Below are positions 8,974-18,933 of a DNA stretch of 64,000 bases, piece after piece (the first letter of the stretch is position 1; each line of letters starts with the position of its first letter). The translations under genes and the position numbers were made by a program. The stretch covers positions 1,158,216 to 1,222,215 of the forward strand of contig CAVSWU010000003.1 in the NCBI GenBank assembly GCA_963731795.1. Direction: 5' to 3'. Source of the DNA: an uncultured delta proteobacterium. GTDB taxonomy: Bacteria; Myxococcota; Myxococcia; Myxococcales; Myxococcaceae. The notes beneath the pieces were generated by a model. The model had not been told where the DNA came from, did no database searches, and saw only the letters and a program-made list of their open reading frames with translations.

Positions 8974-10154
8974 AGAACCTGCGCACCTTCCTCTTCTTCG
9001 GGCTCCTCATCACCCTCGCGGCGGCGCTGGGGCTTGCGACACGACAGGCACCGCCGGAGTCCACGCTTCCCTCGGTGGACAATCCGGGTCCACTCGGGCT
9101 CCGCGCGCTCTACATGTATCTGCGCGAAGGCGGCGCCACGGTGGAGGCGCACCAGGACTCCCTCGAAGCCTTGCCCCCGGGCACCCGAACCGTCGTCATC
9201 GCGGCGCCTCACGCTCGGGCCGTGTCTTCAGCGGAAGTGGAGGCGCTCAAGCGCTTCGTCCGCGCTGGAGGGACACTCGTGTTCCTCGCTTCGCGGGAGA
9301 AGGAGCCGGACCAGCCGGCGATGGAGCAGTGGCTGGAGCTGGAGCGAGGCCCATGGCTCCCCTCGAATTCGAAGGGACTCCCCCCGGGTGATCAGGATCT
9401 CGGAGGCACCACCGTGGAGTTCTGGCTCCCCGCGGGCGCGGCGCGAGACCTGAGTGCCCTCCGAGTGTCTCGCGACCGGGGAATCACCGTGGGCCTGGCG
9501 GAGGCCGTGCCCCTCGCGGGACTGGAGAACAGCGTGGTGCTCTGGCGGCTCGGGCTGGGCCAGGGCGAGGTGTATGTGGCCGCGGGACCGGACCTCGCGG
9601 AGAACCGGCGGCTCGAGCTACTCGACAACCTGCGCTTCTGGGATGCGTTGGCCGCCCGCGGCCCCATGATCTTCGACGAGTTCCACCACGTGAAGGCGCC
9701 ACCCCCGCCCCTGTCACGGGGCCTCTGGGTGTTCGCGCTCCAGTGCCTGGCAGTGGGAGGGTTCTACGTGTTCGCCCGCGGCACACGCTTCGGAGCGCCC
9801 AGGCCCCAACTGCCCGAGCGCCACCGCTCGTCGCTGGAGTATGTGCAGTCGATGGGCTGGCTCGCGCGCCGGGCCAGGGTGGAGCGTGAGCTCCTGCCGG
9901 AGCTGGCCCAGCACCTGCGCCAGCTCATGCAGGATCGGTTGGGCATCTCCCTCGCGCTCTCCGAGGAGGAAGCCGCTCGGATGCTCGAACAACGCTGCGG
10001 CATCCCCTCCGCTCACTACCTGGAGGCACGCGAGGAGCTGGCTCGAGCGCTCGATGCACGCACCCTCTCCCCCAAGGACTACGCTCGCGTGGCGGCCCGG
10101 TACGCGCGGCTCGAGGCTGTCATCACCGGCCGAGCATCCTCCGGGACCGCTTGA
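8970..10154 (+). CDS. DUF4350 domain protein
   Basis: 394 aa, N-terminal TM, DUF4350-like periplasmic domain; start overlaps upstream stop (ATGA). Confidence 0.65.
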   Translation: MKNLRTFLFFGLLITLAAALGLATRQAPPESTLPSVDNPGPLGLRALYMYLREGGATVEAHQDSLEALPPGTRTVVIAAPHARAVSSAEVEALKRFVRAGGTLVFLASREKEPDQPAMEQWLELERGPWLPSNSKGLPPGDQDLGGTTVEFWLPAGAARDLSALRVSRDRGITVGLAEAVPLAGLENSVVLWRLGLGQGEVYVAAGPDLAENRRLELLDNLRFWDALAARGPMIFDEFHHVKAPPPPLSRGLWVFALQCLAVGGFYVFARGTRFGAPRPQLPERHRSSLEYVQSMGWLARRARVERELLPELAQHLRQLMQDRLGISLALSEEEAARMLEQRCGIPSAHYLEAREELARALDARTLSPKDYARVAARYARLEAVITGRASSGTA

Positions 10155-10161
10155 GCCCTCG

Positions 10162-11364
10162 CTACAGGCTGCGGCCCGCCTTGAGCATGGCCTCGCCCAC
10201 GTGGCCGCGGATCTCCTCGACTCGGGCATCCCAGCTCTCGTGGAAGATGCGCTCGGCTCGCTCGCGGGTCGGACCGCCGCCCTCGGCCAGGCACTCATCC
10301 ACCTTGCGGACGAAGTCCTCCGTGGAAGCGGCCAGCTTGCAGAGCCCCACCTTGCGGACCTCGGGGATGTCCGTGGACACCACCGGGAGCCCCGCGGCCA
10401 GATACTCGCGGACCTTGAGCGGGTTGGCGTTGAGCGTCAGCTCGTTGACCTTGAAGGGCATCAACGCCACGTCGAAGGCCCTGCAGTAGCCGGGCAAGCT
10501 CGTGTACGGCCTGCGCCCGAGCAGGTGGATGTTGGGCACCGCCTTCATCGCCGACACGTCGCAGTCCGGCGCCACCTTGCCGATGATGACCACCGAGCCC
10601 TCCGGGTGTGCCTTGGCCGTGGCGATGATCGCCTCCTGGTCCACCCAGTCGGCCATCAGGCCGAAGAAACCGATGATCGGCCTCGGCAGCTTCGCGATGT
10701 CCTCGGGAATCGGCGTCGCCGGATCACACGCCTTGACGAAGTGCTGGTAGTCCACGCCGTGCCGCACCAGCACCGTGTTCGAGTTCACCTTCGCCTTGTT
10801 CTCGCGCAGGCGCTCGGCGGAGGTGATCACCAGGTTCGCCTTGCGCAGCAGCCGCTCCTCCAGCTCCGCGATGTGGCGCCCATTGGTGTCGCTGAACGCC
10901 GAGAACTCGTCCACGCAGTGGTAGACGACGAACTCCTCGCCCAGCGTGCCCGACACCGGCGCCGAGGCCGGCAGGAAGGACCAGGAGATGGGCCGCTTGA
11001 AGTGGAGCTTCGCCATCGCCCGCTTCACCTGGAGCCGCAGCAGCTCCCGGTTCGTGGCTCGCACCGCCTCCGAGCCGTAGAACGGGATGGCCAGCGGCGC
11101 CAGCACGAAGAGGTTGGGCGCTACCTCGCGAATGCCCTCGGCGAACGAGGCCAGCTTCCGCCAGATGCGCTGGAGATCATACGTGTTCGCCTTGGGCGCG
11201 CGGTTGCCGATGCTGTTGACCCACAGCACTCGGTTGTCCCTCGCGAGGATCCGCATGATGTGGACCTTCGACAGCGGATCCCCATCCCAGTCATTGGAGA
11301 ACACCACCAGGTCCCGCCCCCGCAGGGCCCGGCGTGCCACAGCCACATCTTCACCGCGCCGCAT
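10162..11364 (-). CDS. glycosyltransferase family 1 (GT4-type)
   Basis: 400 aa, C-terminal GT1 motif …EYLAAGLPVVSTDIPE…. Confidence 0.85.
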   Translation of the reverse strand: MRRGEDVAVARRALRGRDLVVFSNDWDGDPLSKVHIMRILARDNRVLWVNSIGNRAPKANTYDLQRIWRKLASFAEGIREVAPNLFVLAPLAIPFYGSEAVRATNRELLRLQVKRAMAKLHFKRPISWSFLPASAPVSGTLGEEFVVYHCVDEFSAFSDTNGRHIAELEERLLRKANLVITSAERLRENKAKVNSNTVLVRHGVDYQHFVKACDPATPIPEDIAKLPRPIIGFFGLMADWVDQEAIIATAKAHPEGSVVIIGKVAPDCDVSAMKAVPNIHLLGRRPYTSLPGYCRAFDVALMPFKVNELTLNANPLKVREYLAAGLPVVSTDIPEVRKVGLCKLAASTEDFVRKVDECLAEGGGPTRERAERIFHESWDARVEEIRGHVGEAMLKAGRSL

Positions 11365-11410
11365 GTCTCGTCTCCTGTATGGAAGTCCCGCGAGGTGACG
11401 CGCTCGGGGC

Positions 11411-12469
11411 TCAGGTCGCCATGGCCGGCCGCTGGCGCTCGAGCCGCGGTGCCGACAACTCCGTGTACAGCCCGAGCATCACCGGCCCCGCATCCGGAGA
11501 GGCCGACTCCAAGGGTCCCTCGACGAGAGCCTGCCGCACTCGCAGCGCCAGCGCCGGCGCCTGGCCGGACTGGAACAGGTACGTCCCCTCGGGCCGAGCA
11601 CACACGTCGCTGGCCACGCAGGGCACCCCGAGCGCCAGCGCCTCACGCACGGAGATGGCATCCCCATCGTGCGTCGTCGGGCGGATGAACGCGTCGCACC
11701 TCGACAGGAGGCCGAGCACCTCCTCATGTTCCAGCTCGCCCAGATCCTCCAGGTACGGCGCCACGTGCGTCTCGCGAGCGTCGCGCGCGAACTCCGGAGT
11801 CCTCATCCCAGGCCCGAAGACCGCGAGCCCCACTCCCGGCAGCTCCCTCGCGAGCATCCGCAGCGCGCGGAACATCACCCTCCGCCCATAGACCGGCGAT
11901 GGGTGGTGCGCCATGGCCAGCAGCGGCGCGCGCCGGGCCCTCGCCTGCTCCACCGCGGCAGTCACCGGGCCCGGCTTCACCTGCGAGGCGCAGAACGCCG
12001 GCTGGACGAGGAGCTTCTCCTCGGGCACGCCACACCCGACGAGCGCCGCCTTCACCGCTGGCGACACCGCCACCACGCGCGAGTACCCAGCGAGCGCGGC
12101 CCGGGCCAAGGCCCTGCGAGCCGAGGAGCCCGCCAGGAAGTCCGGCAGCAGCCCCGAGTGCAGGGTGATGATCCGAGGCGATCGAGGCGCCGGAACCCCC
12201 GCCGCCGCGGCCAGCATCCAGGACTTCGGGTTGTTGCCGCTGGTGTGGACGTGCACCGTCCACCCAGCGTTCAAGAATCCCGCGAGCCGCAGGCCGAACT
12301 TCGCGAGGGATGGGACCGGGATGACGTCCGGAGCCGGCCGGCCGCCCTTGCCGATATCCAACACCTTCGCCTCGACACCACGCCCGCGAAGAAACCGGTG
12401 CAGTTGTTGAACATGGATCGCCACCCCACCATGCGGCGGTGGATAGTCGCCAATCAGAAGCACGCGCAT
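11411..12469 (-). CDS. glycosyltransferase family 1 (GT4-type)
   Basis: 352 aa, MRVLLIGDYPPPHGGVAIHV N-terminus typical GT4. Confidence 0.8.
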   Translation of the reverse strand: MRVLLIGDYPPPHGGVAIHVQQLHRFLRGRGVEAKVLDIGKGGRPAPDVIPVPSLAKFGLRLAGFLNAGWTVHVHTSGNNPKSWMLAAAAGVPAPRSPRIITLHSGLLPDFLAGSSARRALARAALAGYSRVVAVSPAVKAALVGCGVPEEKLLVQPAFCASQVKPGPVTAAVEQARARRAPLLAMAHHPSPVYGRRVMFRALRMLARELPGVGLAVFGPGMRTPEFARDARETHVAPYLEDLGELEHEEVLGLLSRCDAFIRPTTHDGDAISVREALALGVPCVASDVCARPEGTYLFQSGQAPALALRVRQALVEGPLESASPDAGPVMLGLYTELSAPRLERQRPAMAT

Positions 12470-12487
12470 GAGGCTCGAACCTCCGAG

Positions 12488-13000
12488 TTACTGGAGCGGG
12501 AGCCCCGTGGAAGCCGCAGGCACCTGTCGCCGAGGCAGCAGCCCCATCTCACGCTGGTACGTGGTGAGGGGATCCGGATCCTTGCGGAGCACCTTGGCGG
12601 GCACTCCCGCGACGATCGTGGCCGTCGGCACATCCTTGAGCACCACCGCGTTCGCGCCGATCACCGCGAAGTCGCCAATGTGGATGTTGCCGAGGATCTT
12701 CGCGCCCGCGCCGATACGGACGTAGTCGCCGATCACTGGCGCACCCTCGAGGCCCGAACGTCCGCCAATGGTCACCTGCTGGGAGACGAGGCAGTGGCGG
12801 CCCATCCGGGTCGCCTTGTGGATCACGACTCCGATGCCGCCGTACCCGAGCTGCGTGCCCTCGCCAATCTCCGCCTCGAAGGGGATGTACGAGTTGTGCA
12901 GATAGTAGATGGCCTTGCGCAGCACCGTCGGTAGCAATGGGACTCCGCGCAGGTACAGCCTGTGCGCGAGCCGATACAGCATCATCGCATCCACACCCAT
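12488..13000 (-). CDS. hexapeptide-repeat acetyltransferase (serine O-acetyltransferase/WcaB-like)
   Basis: Left-handed beta-helix repeats …IGDYVRIGAGAKILGNIHIGDFAVIGANAVV…; internal start MGVDAMMLYRL. Confidence 0.75.
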   Translation of the reverse strand: MGVDAMMLYRLAHRLYLRGVPLLPTVLRKAIYYLHNSYIPFEAEIGEGTQLGYGGIGVVIHKATRMGRHCLVSQQVTIGGRSGLEGAPVIGDYVRIGAGAKILGNIHIGDFAVIGANAVVLKDVPTATIVAGVPAKVLRKDPDPLTTYQREMGLLPRRQVPAASTGLPLQ

Positions 13001-13096
13001 CGCCGCCCTCCTCCCAACCCAGCTTGTGGACCACAAGCAAGCTAGGTACCCACCCCTGAGGAGGGAAGTCCTCCCCAAGTGTCCGATTCAGCGCGA

Positions 13097-14640
13097 TCAC
13101 CCCGTCCCGCGGGACCGCATTCCCGCCAACACTCGCAGCGGCCGGATGCCCGTGGCGTACAGCACCGCGACGTATCCGATGATGAACAGCAACCCCGCGA
13201 CCGCCAGCGGCAGCACCCGCCAGAAGAAGCCCTCGGGCAGCCTCACCCATGCGCTCTCCGTGCCTGCTCGCAGCGCGAAGATGCCAACCGCCGCCGCGAC
13301 CGCCGCCAGGGCCGCCTTGCCCAGCTCCACCCACGGGATGACATCCCGGACTCGCAGCGGCCGCTCCGGCGTGGACAGCGCGGCGGGCACTCGCACCAGC
13401 AGCGTCGCCTTGCCCACCATCTCCGCGATCCCCCACGAGGCGATGCCGCCCTTCATCCCGAACCGGTGCACGCCCCACCACACGAGCGGCACCGTCACCA
13501 CCGCCTTGATGAGGTACGAGATGAAGATGGAGCGGGTGTGCCCTCGGGCGCGCAGCACGCCATCCATCGGCAGAATGGACAGCACCACGCCCAGCACGCT
13601 CACCCGGAAGATGGGCACCGCGGGCAGGAACTTCGCGCCGAAGAGCGCGGCGATGAACTCGGGCGCCGCGGCGAAGAGGAACGCCGCGAAGGGCAGGAAC
13701 ACGAAGGCGAGCTTCCCCGCCGCCTCGCGGAAGGCCACCACCCCCTCCTCGAGCCGGCCCGCCTTCTCCAGCTCGCCCAGGCGCACCATCAGCACCTCGC
13801 TGGTGGGCGTGTAGAGGAGATCCACCACCGGGAGCTGGAAGCAGCCCACCCGATAGAGCGCGTACAGCGCCGGAGCCACCGCGCTGCGCCACCACGATAG
13901 AGGTGCGCGTTCTGCTGCGGAATCGAGAGCGCCATGGCCGCGCCGAACGGAGCCGCGTACACGAGCTGCTCGCGCAGCAGCGGCCCATTCACCAGCGGCC
14001 CGGTCGAGCCCCGCGCAGCGCGATCACCCAGGCCGCCAGGTAGCGCAGGCCGCGCGAAGCCGGCCACCGCCACCATCATCCCGTGCAGCGAGGCGCCCAG
14101 CAGGCACGGCACCACCATGACCAGCCGCGCGCACGGCGTCCGACACCAGGTACACCACGGCCGACTGCCGCGTGCGCCCCTGGCTGGTGAGGGACATCTC
14201 CAGCGGGAACGCAGCCGATCAGCAGCGCCGGTGTAGACCGCCAGCGGCAGCCGGTAGTGCAGCAGCGCGGGGTTGGAGAACCAGCCCGGCCACCGGCCCC
14301 AGCAGCACGGCACACCAGCGCCGCGGCCACCACGCCCGCCGCCGGTCATGAAGAGCAGCGCCTGGCCCAGGTAGGGCCGCTTCTGCTCCGCGCGCGGCAG
14401 GAAGTAGTAGAGGCTCTGCACCACGCCGAACGGCAGGACGTAGTAGAGCGTCGTGGCGATGAGGAAGAGCTGGTAGTACGTCCCGTACTCCTCGAGGCGC
14501 GAGCACCCGCGCGAGCACGAGCGGGATGGACAGCGTCAGCCCGGCGGTGAAGAGCCGGGCCAGCACCAGGGGGCCGGCCTTGCCCAGGAAGCTCCCGGAC
14601 GCGGCCGGCGCCGGGGATGCGCTCACGTGGCTTCTCCTCT
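13097..14640 (-). pseudogene. Wzx-like polysaccharide flippase (MOP superfamily), at least 3 frame disruptions
   Basis: C-terminal half intact in ORF 13097..13879(-); N-terminal pieces (…GKAGPLVLARLFTAGLTLSIPLVLARVL…, …VQSLYYFLPRAEQKRPYLGQALLFM…) lie in ORFs 14219..14683(-) and 13789..14424(-) in different frames. Confidence 0.6.
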
Positions 14641-15863
14641 CCGACGAGGCTCGCCTCCGATGCGCAGACCGCTGGGCGGCCACCGGCGCGCGACACGTGC
14701 GGGCGCTTGCCCAGCACCGGGTGGCTCACGCCCAGCACGCCGAAGCAGTCGTCGAGCTGGCACGCCGGTGAGCGTCGTCGAGTAGTCCCCCAGCATGCCG
14801 ATGCTGAAGTTCTCCCACAGCACCTTGCGCTTGAGGGTGAACGGATCCCCGCCGATCCGGTTGGGCAGGTCCTCCGTGGTCACCGCCGAGCGGAACCCGT
14901 GGGCCGCCAGCACGCGGATGACCTCGTCCGAGTACCAGCCGTTGCAGTAGGCGAAGTCCACGCACCGGGCTTGCTCCAGCTCGCGCTCGATGGCGCGCTT
15001 GGACTCGACGGATCTCGCGCTCCACCACCTCGGGCGGCTCCAGCGTCAGCACGGTGTGGCCCAGCGTGTGCGCGCCGAACTCGAAGCCGTCCCGAGCCAT
15101 GCGGCGCACCTCGTCCCAGTCCATGATGTCGCCCTGCTCGGGCATGAGGTCCGCGGCCGCCGCCCAGCTGCTGCTCCAGCGCGTCGATGACCTCCGCGAG
15201 CGACGCGGCCGGGTGCTCGCCGATGAAGTCGTCCAGCGCGCGCCGAGGCCGTCTTCTGCCCGGAGAGGATGGGCTCGAGCAGCTCAGTCGCCGGCGCCGG
15301 CAGCGCGCGCGAAGTAGGGCCGGAACCGCCGCTCCTTCGCATGCCGCACCAGGTGGAAGAGCCGATCGTGGTTGAAGCGCCGGTCCGTGCCGATGAAGGC
15401 CGTGGGCAGGTAGATGATGGCGGGCACGCCCATCCGCTTCAGGACGGGGTAGGCGTACCGGTACACGTCCCGGTAGCCGTCATCGAAGGTGACGACGCAC
15501 AGATCCTGCTTCGCCGCCCTGCGCGCCCGCCATCACGTCCACCGCGTCGCCGATGGAGGCGAACTCGTAGCCCGCCGCGGCGGCCTCCTCCAGGTGCCGC
15601 CGGAACGTCTCCTGGGAGATGAGCAGCCCGGGAATGGAGCGCTGCAGCTCGCCTGTGAAGTCCTCCACCACGCGGTGGTAGCTGACGATGAGGATCCGCC
15701 GCCCACCGGACTGGCCTCGGCGGTACGCCGCCAGCGCCTTGCGCAGCCCGCTGTAGTGCAGCAGTCCCGCCGCCGCCACCTTCACCGCCCGTCCGCACCA
15801 ACCGACCCGCCCCCATGACCTTCCCCATGCGCAGAGAAACTCTCGCCGGGTCGATAAATGCAC
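14623..15863 (-). pseudogene. polysaccharide deacetylase (NodB-homology, CE4), at least 3 frame disruptions
   Basis: Fragments LIVSYHRV… (15480..15863), YRYAYPVLKRMGVPAIIYLPT (15284..15466), …FEFGAHTLGHTVL… (14726..15145), C-term MDFAYCNGWYSDEV… (14623..14961) each in a different frame. Confidence 0.6.
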
Positions 15864-16121
15864 GGGCGGTGCCAGCCCGGGCCAGCGACTACCGCACAGT
15901 GGGGACGTTCCCGAGGCAGAGCCTGTGCCACCCCTGAAACAAACGGGCCCCTCCGTAGAAAAACTTTCCCGATCCGGGTCCCGTCATGCAGGAAACGCCG
16001 CAGCGTGCCTGGGAAGGCGTGTCGCCCTGCTGCCCAGACCGCCGCCAGGCAGGGGAGCGTCCCTGTCAAGCCCGCTTTCACTGGAGAAAGGCGCGATTTC
16101 CAGTTACGAACGCACCCCTCG

Positions 16122-16784
16122 ATGGAAGCCCCCGCCACCGCGCCTCCCGCGATCGCCCTGCACGACGTGAGCAAGCGCTACGGGCGTCACTGGGCCCTGG
16201 CGCGCCTCACCTACTCGCTGCCTCCAGGGCGCTCGCTGCTCCTCACGGGCCACAACGGCTCCGGGAAGACGACGCTGCTGCGGCTGGTGGCCACCGCGCT
16301 GTCCCCCACCGCCGGCCGAGTGGAAGTCCTCGGGCGCAACACCGTCACCGACCGTGACGCCGTGCGTCAGGACGTGGCCCTCCTGTCCCACGCCAGCTTC
16401 CTCTATGAGGATCTCACGGCCCACCAGAACCTCACGGTGCTGGCGCGGCTGCTGGGCCTGCCCTCTGCGGCGGAGACCGCCAGCGAGCTGCTGACCCGGG
16501 TGGGCCTCACGCGGCGCACCGACAGCCCCGTGCGCCAGTTCAGCGCCGGCATGCGCAAGCGCCTGGCCATCGCGCGGCTGCTGATGAAGAAGCCCGCCCT
16601 GGCGCTGCTCGACGAGCCCTTCGGCGAGCTGGATCCGGCCGGCATCGAGGCCATGGAGATCATCATCCGCGAGCTGAAGACCCGGGGCGTCACGGTGGTC
16701 CTCGCCACCCACCTCGTCGAGCAGGGTCTGTCTCTGTGCGAGGAGCGCCTTCACCTCCAGGAAGGCCGAGCGGTGCCCGCATGA
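16122..16784 (+). CDS. ccmA: heme exporter ATP-binding protein CcmA
   Basis: MEAPATAPPAIALHDVSKRYGRHWAL…GHNGSGKTTLLR; ATG at 16122 inside longer ORF; stop overlaps ccmB start (ATGA). Confidence 0.8.
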   Translation: MEAPATAPPAIALHDVSKRYGRHWALARLTYSLPPGRSLLLTGHNGSGKTTLLRLVATALSPTAGRVEVLGRNTVTDRDAVRQDVALLSHASFLYEDLTAHQNLTVLARLLGLPSAAETASELLTRVGLTRRTDSPVRQFSAGMRKRLAIARLLMKKPALALLDEPFGELDPAGIEAMEIIIRELKTRGVTVVLATHLVEQGLSLCEERLHLQEGRAVPA

Positions 16785-17477
16785 CTCGCCCCCGTCCCAT
16801 TGGCCTGTTGCGCTCTACGCTCGTCCTGCTGGGCAAGGATCTGCTCATCGAGTGGCGCACGCGCGCCCGCCTCAACGCGCTGATCTTCTTCGCGCTCTCC
16901 ACGCTGCTGCTGTTCTCGTTCGCGCTGGGGCCGGACACCAAGCTGCTCGAGCGCAACGCGGGCGGCTACCTGTGGCTGGCCATCCTCTTCGCCAGCACCC
17001 TGTCCCTGGGCGAGTCCTTCCGCGTGGAGCACGAGAACGCCTGCCTGGACGGCCTGCGGCTGGCCCCGGCGGACGCGCGCGCCATCTTCCTGTCCAAGGC
17101 GGTGGGCAACACGCTGCTGCTGGTGGTGCTCGGCGGCCTGCTCATCCCGGTCATGGTGGCGCTCTACGGGGTGAAGGTGATGCTCGGGCGTGGGAGAGCT
17201 GGCGACCACGCTGGTGCTCGGGTGCATGGCGCTTGCCGCCCCAGGGACCGTGTATGCGGCCATCGCCAGCAACGCCCGCGCGCGGGACGTGCTGCTGCCT
17301 CTGCTATTGTTCCCGCTGATCGTTCCCGCCCTGCTGGCCGCGGCCAAGGCGATGATGCTCGTGCTTCAGGGTGACCCGATGAATCAGCTCGGCTCATGGT
17401 TCGGTCTGCTTGGCGGATTCAACCTGATCTATTGGGGCCTGGGGTTCGTGCTGTTCCCGCGGGTGATCGAGGACTAA
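16781..17477 (+). CDS. ccmB: heme exporter permease CcmB; frameshift near 17195
   Basis: N-part in ORF 16736..17374, C-part ([24 protein letters not shown]…[12 protein letters not shown]) in ORF 17190..17477. Confidence 0.7.
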
Positions 17478-17478
17478 C

Positions 17479-18254
17479 ATGAGCGCGCTGTCTCTGTTCA
17501 CCATCTGGCTGCCCCTCATCGTCCTGGTGCTACTGCCCACCGTGGGCCGTAAGTATGCGCACGTGACGCTGCCGGTGTACGCGCTGCTCCTGGTGGGCAT
17601 CGGCCACTACTGGGGCCTGGCCGTGGCGCCTCCGGATCGCGAGATGGGCGACGTGCAGCGCATCATGTACGTGCACGTGCCCGGCGGTGTGGATCGCGCT
17701 GATCGCGCTCACGCTCAACTTCGCGCTGCTCGGTGACATACCTCTTCAAGCCGAGCTGGAAGACGGACTCGCTGGCGGAGGCCTCCGCCGAGGTGGGGCT
17801 GCTGTTCGGCACCGTGGGCGTGATGCTGGGCTCCATCTGGGGCCGGCCCACCTGGGGCGTGTACTGGACGTGGGATCCGCGGCTCACCACGGCGGCCATC
17901 ATGCTGGTGGCCTACACGGGCTACATGGCGCTGCGCCGCTTCGTGGAGGATCCCGAGAAGCGCGCGGTGTGGAGCTCCGTGGTGGGCATCATCGCCGCGG
18001 TGGATCTGCCCATCATCTGGTTCTCGGTGAAGTGGTGGCGCAGCCTGCACCAGGAGCAGTCCTCGCCCAGCACCATGGACCCGGCCTTCTATCTGCCGCT
18101 GCGCCTGAGCGCCTACGGCCTGCTGGCCTTCGTGATCTACTTCCTCATGCGGCGCTACCGGATCGCCCTGGCCGAGCGCAACGCCGAGGTGGCCCTGCCC
18201 GAGGCGCTGCCCACCGACAGCGCTCCGGCCAACCGGTCCGCGGGGGTGGCGTGA
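17479..18254 (+). CDS. ccmC: heme exporter protein CcmC; two frame disruptions (~17690, ~17745)
   Basis: …[10 protein letters not shown] / [17 protein letters not shown] / …[28 protein letters not shown]… spread over three frames. Confidence 0.7.
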
Positions 18255-18442
18255 TGAGCTCGATGATGAGTCTGATGGTGCTGGCCCAGGCGGCCGCGGA
18301 CCCGGGTGTCCGCCGGGGGATCCAAGGCGGCTGGGGCTATGTGTGGACCAGCTACGGAATTACCTGGGGCGCGCTCGCGCTCTACTCGCTGTCGCTGTGG
18401 TTGCGGCGGCCCAAGAACTCGCCTGTTGGCCCGAAGGAGTGA
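18254..18442 (+). CDS. ccmD: heme exporter protein CcmD
   Basis: 62 aa [12 protein letters not shown]…WGYVWTSYGITWGALALY… single TM; TGATG overlap with ccmC. Confidence 0.6.
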   Translation: MSSMMSLMVLAQAAADPGVRRGIQGGWGYVWTSYGITWGALALYSLSLWLRRPKNSPVGPKE

Positions 18443-18445
18443 TCC

Positions 18446-18933
18446 ATGACGCCTGTCGTACGTAACCGCCTCATCGCCGTGGCAGCCCTCCTGGTGGCCG
18501 GTGCGGGCCTGGCCTTCGTGGCCTTCGGCAACATCGGCAACAACCTGGTCTACTACTGGAGCCCGGCGGAGATGATCAGCCAGGGCGAGAAGGCCTATGG
18601 CCCCACCATCCGCCTGGGCGGCGTGGTGAAGCCCGGCTCCATCCAGTGGAACGCCGAGCACACCAGCCTGAACTTCCAGGTCGCCACCGATCACAAGCCG
18701 GACGCGGTGGCCGTGACGGTGCACTCCACCGAGGTGCCGCCGGCCGATGTTCCGTGAGGGCATCGGCGTGGTGGTGGAGGGCACCTTCGACAAGTCCCAG
18801 GTGTTCAGCTCCAACCGGCTGATGGTGAACCACTCCAACGAGTACCGCGCGCCCAAGCCGGGCGAGAAGCCGCGCGAGTGGAAGGAGAGCCTCACCGACA
18901 GCTCCGCCACGCGCGACGACGAGGCCTCAGTGA
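18446..18933 (+). CDS. ccmE: heme chaperone CcmE; frameshift ~18750 and a second near the 3' end
   Basis: N-term TM + …VTVHSTEVP then MFREGIGVVVEGTF…LMVNHSNEYRAPKP (heme-binding His/Tyr region); no in-frame stop before ccmF, but GTGA overlap motif at 18930-18933. Confidence 0.65.

Noticed and set aside
9841-11688. 615-aa plus-strand ORF
   Set aside because: Antisense to two well-supported glycosyltransferase genes; Arg/Pro-rich nonsense translation.
12549-13988. 479-aa minus-strand ORF
   Set aside because: Overlaps acetyltransferase and flippase in wrong frame; Gly/Arg-rich, no domain signature.
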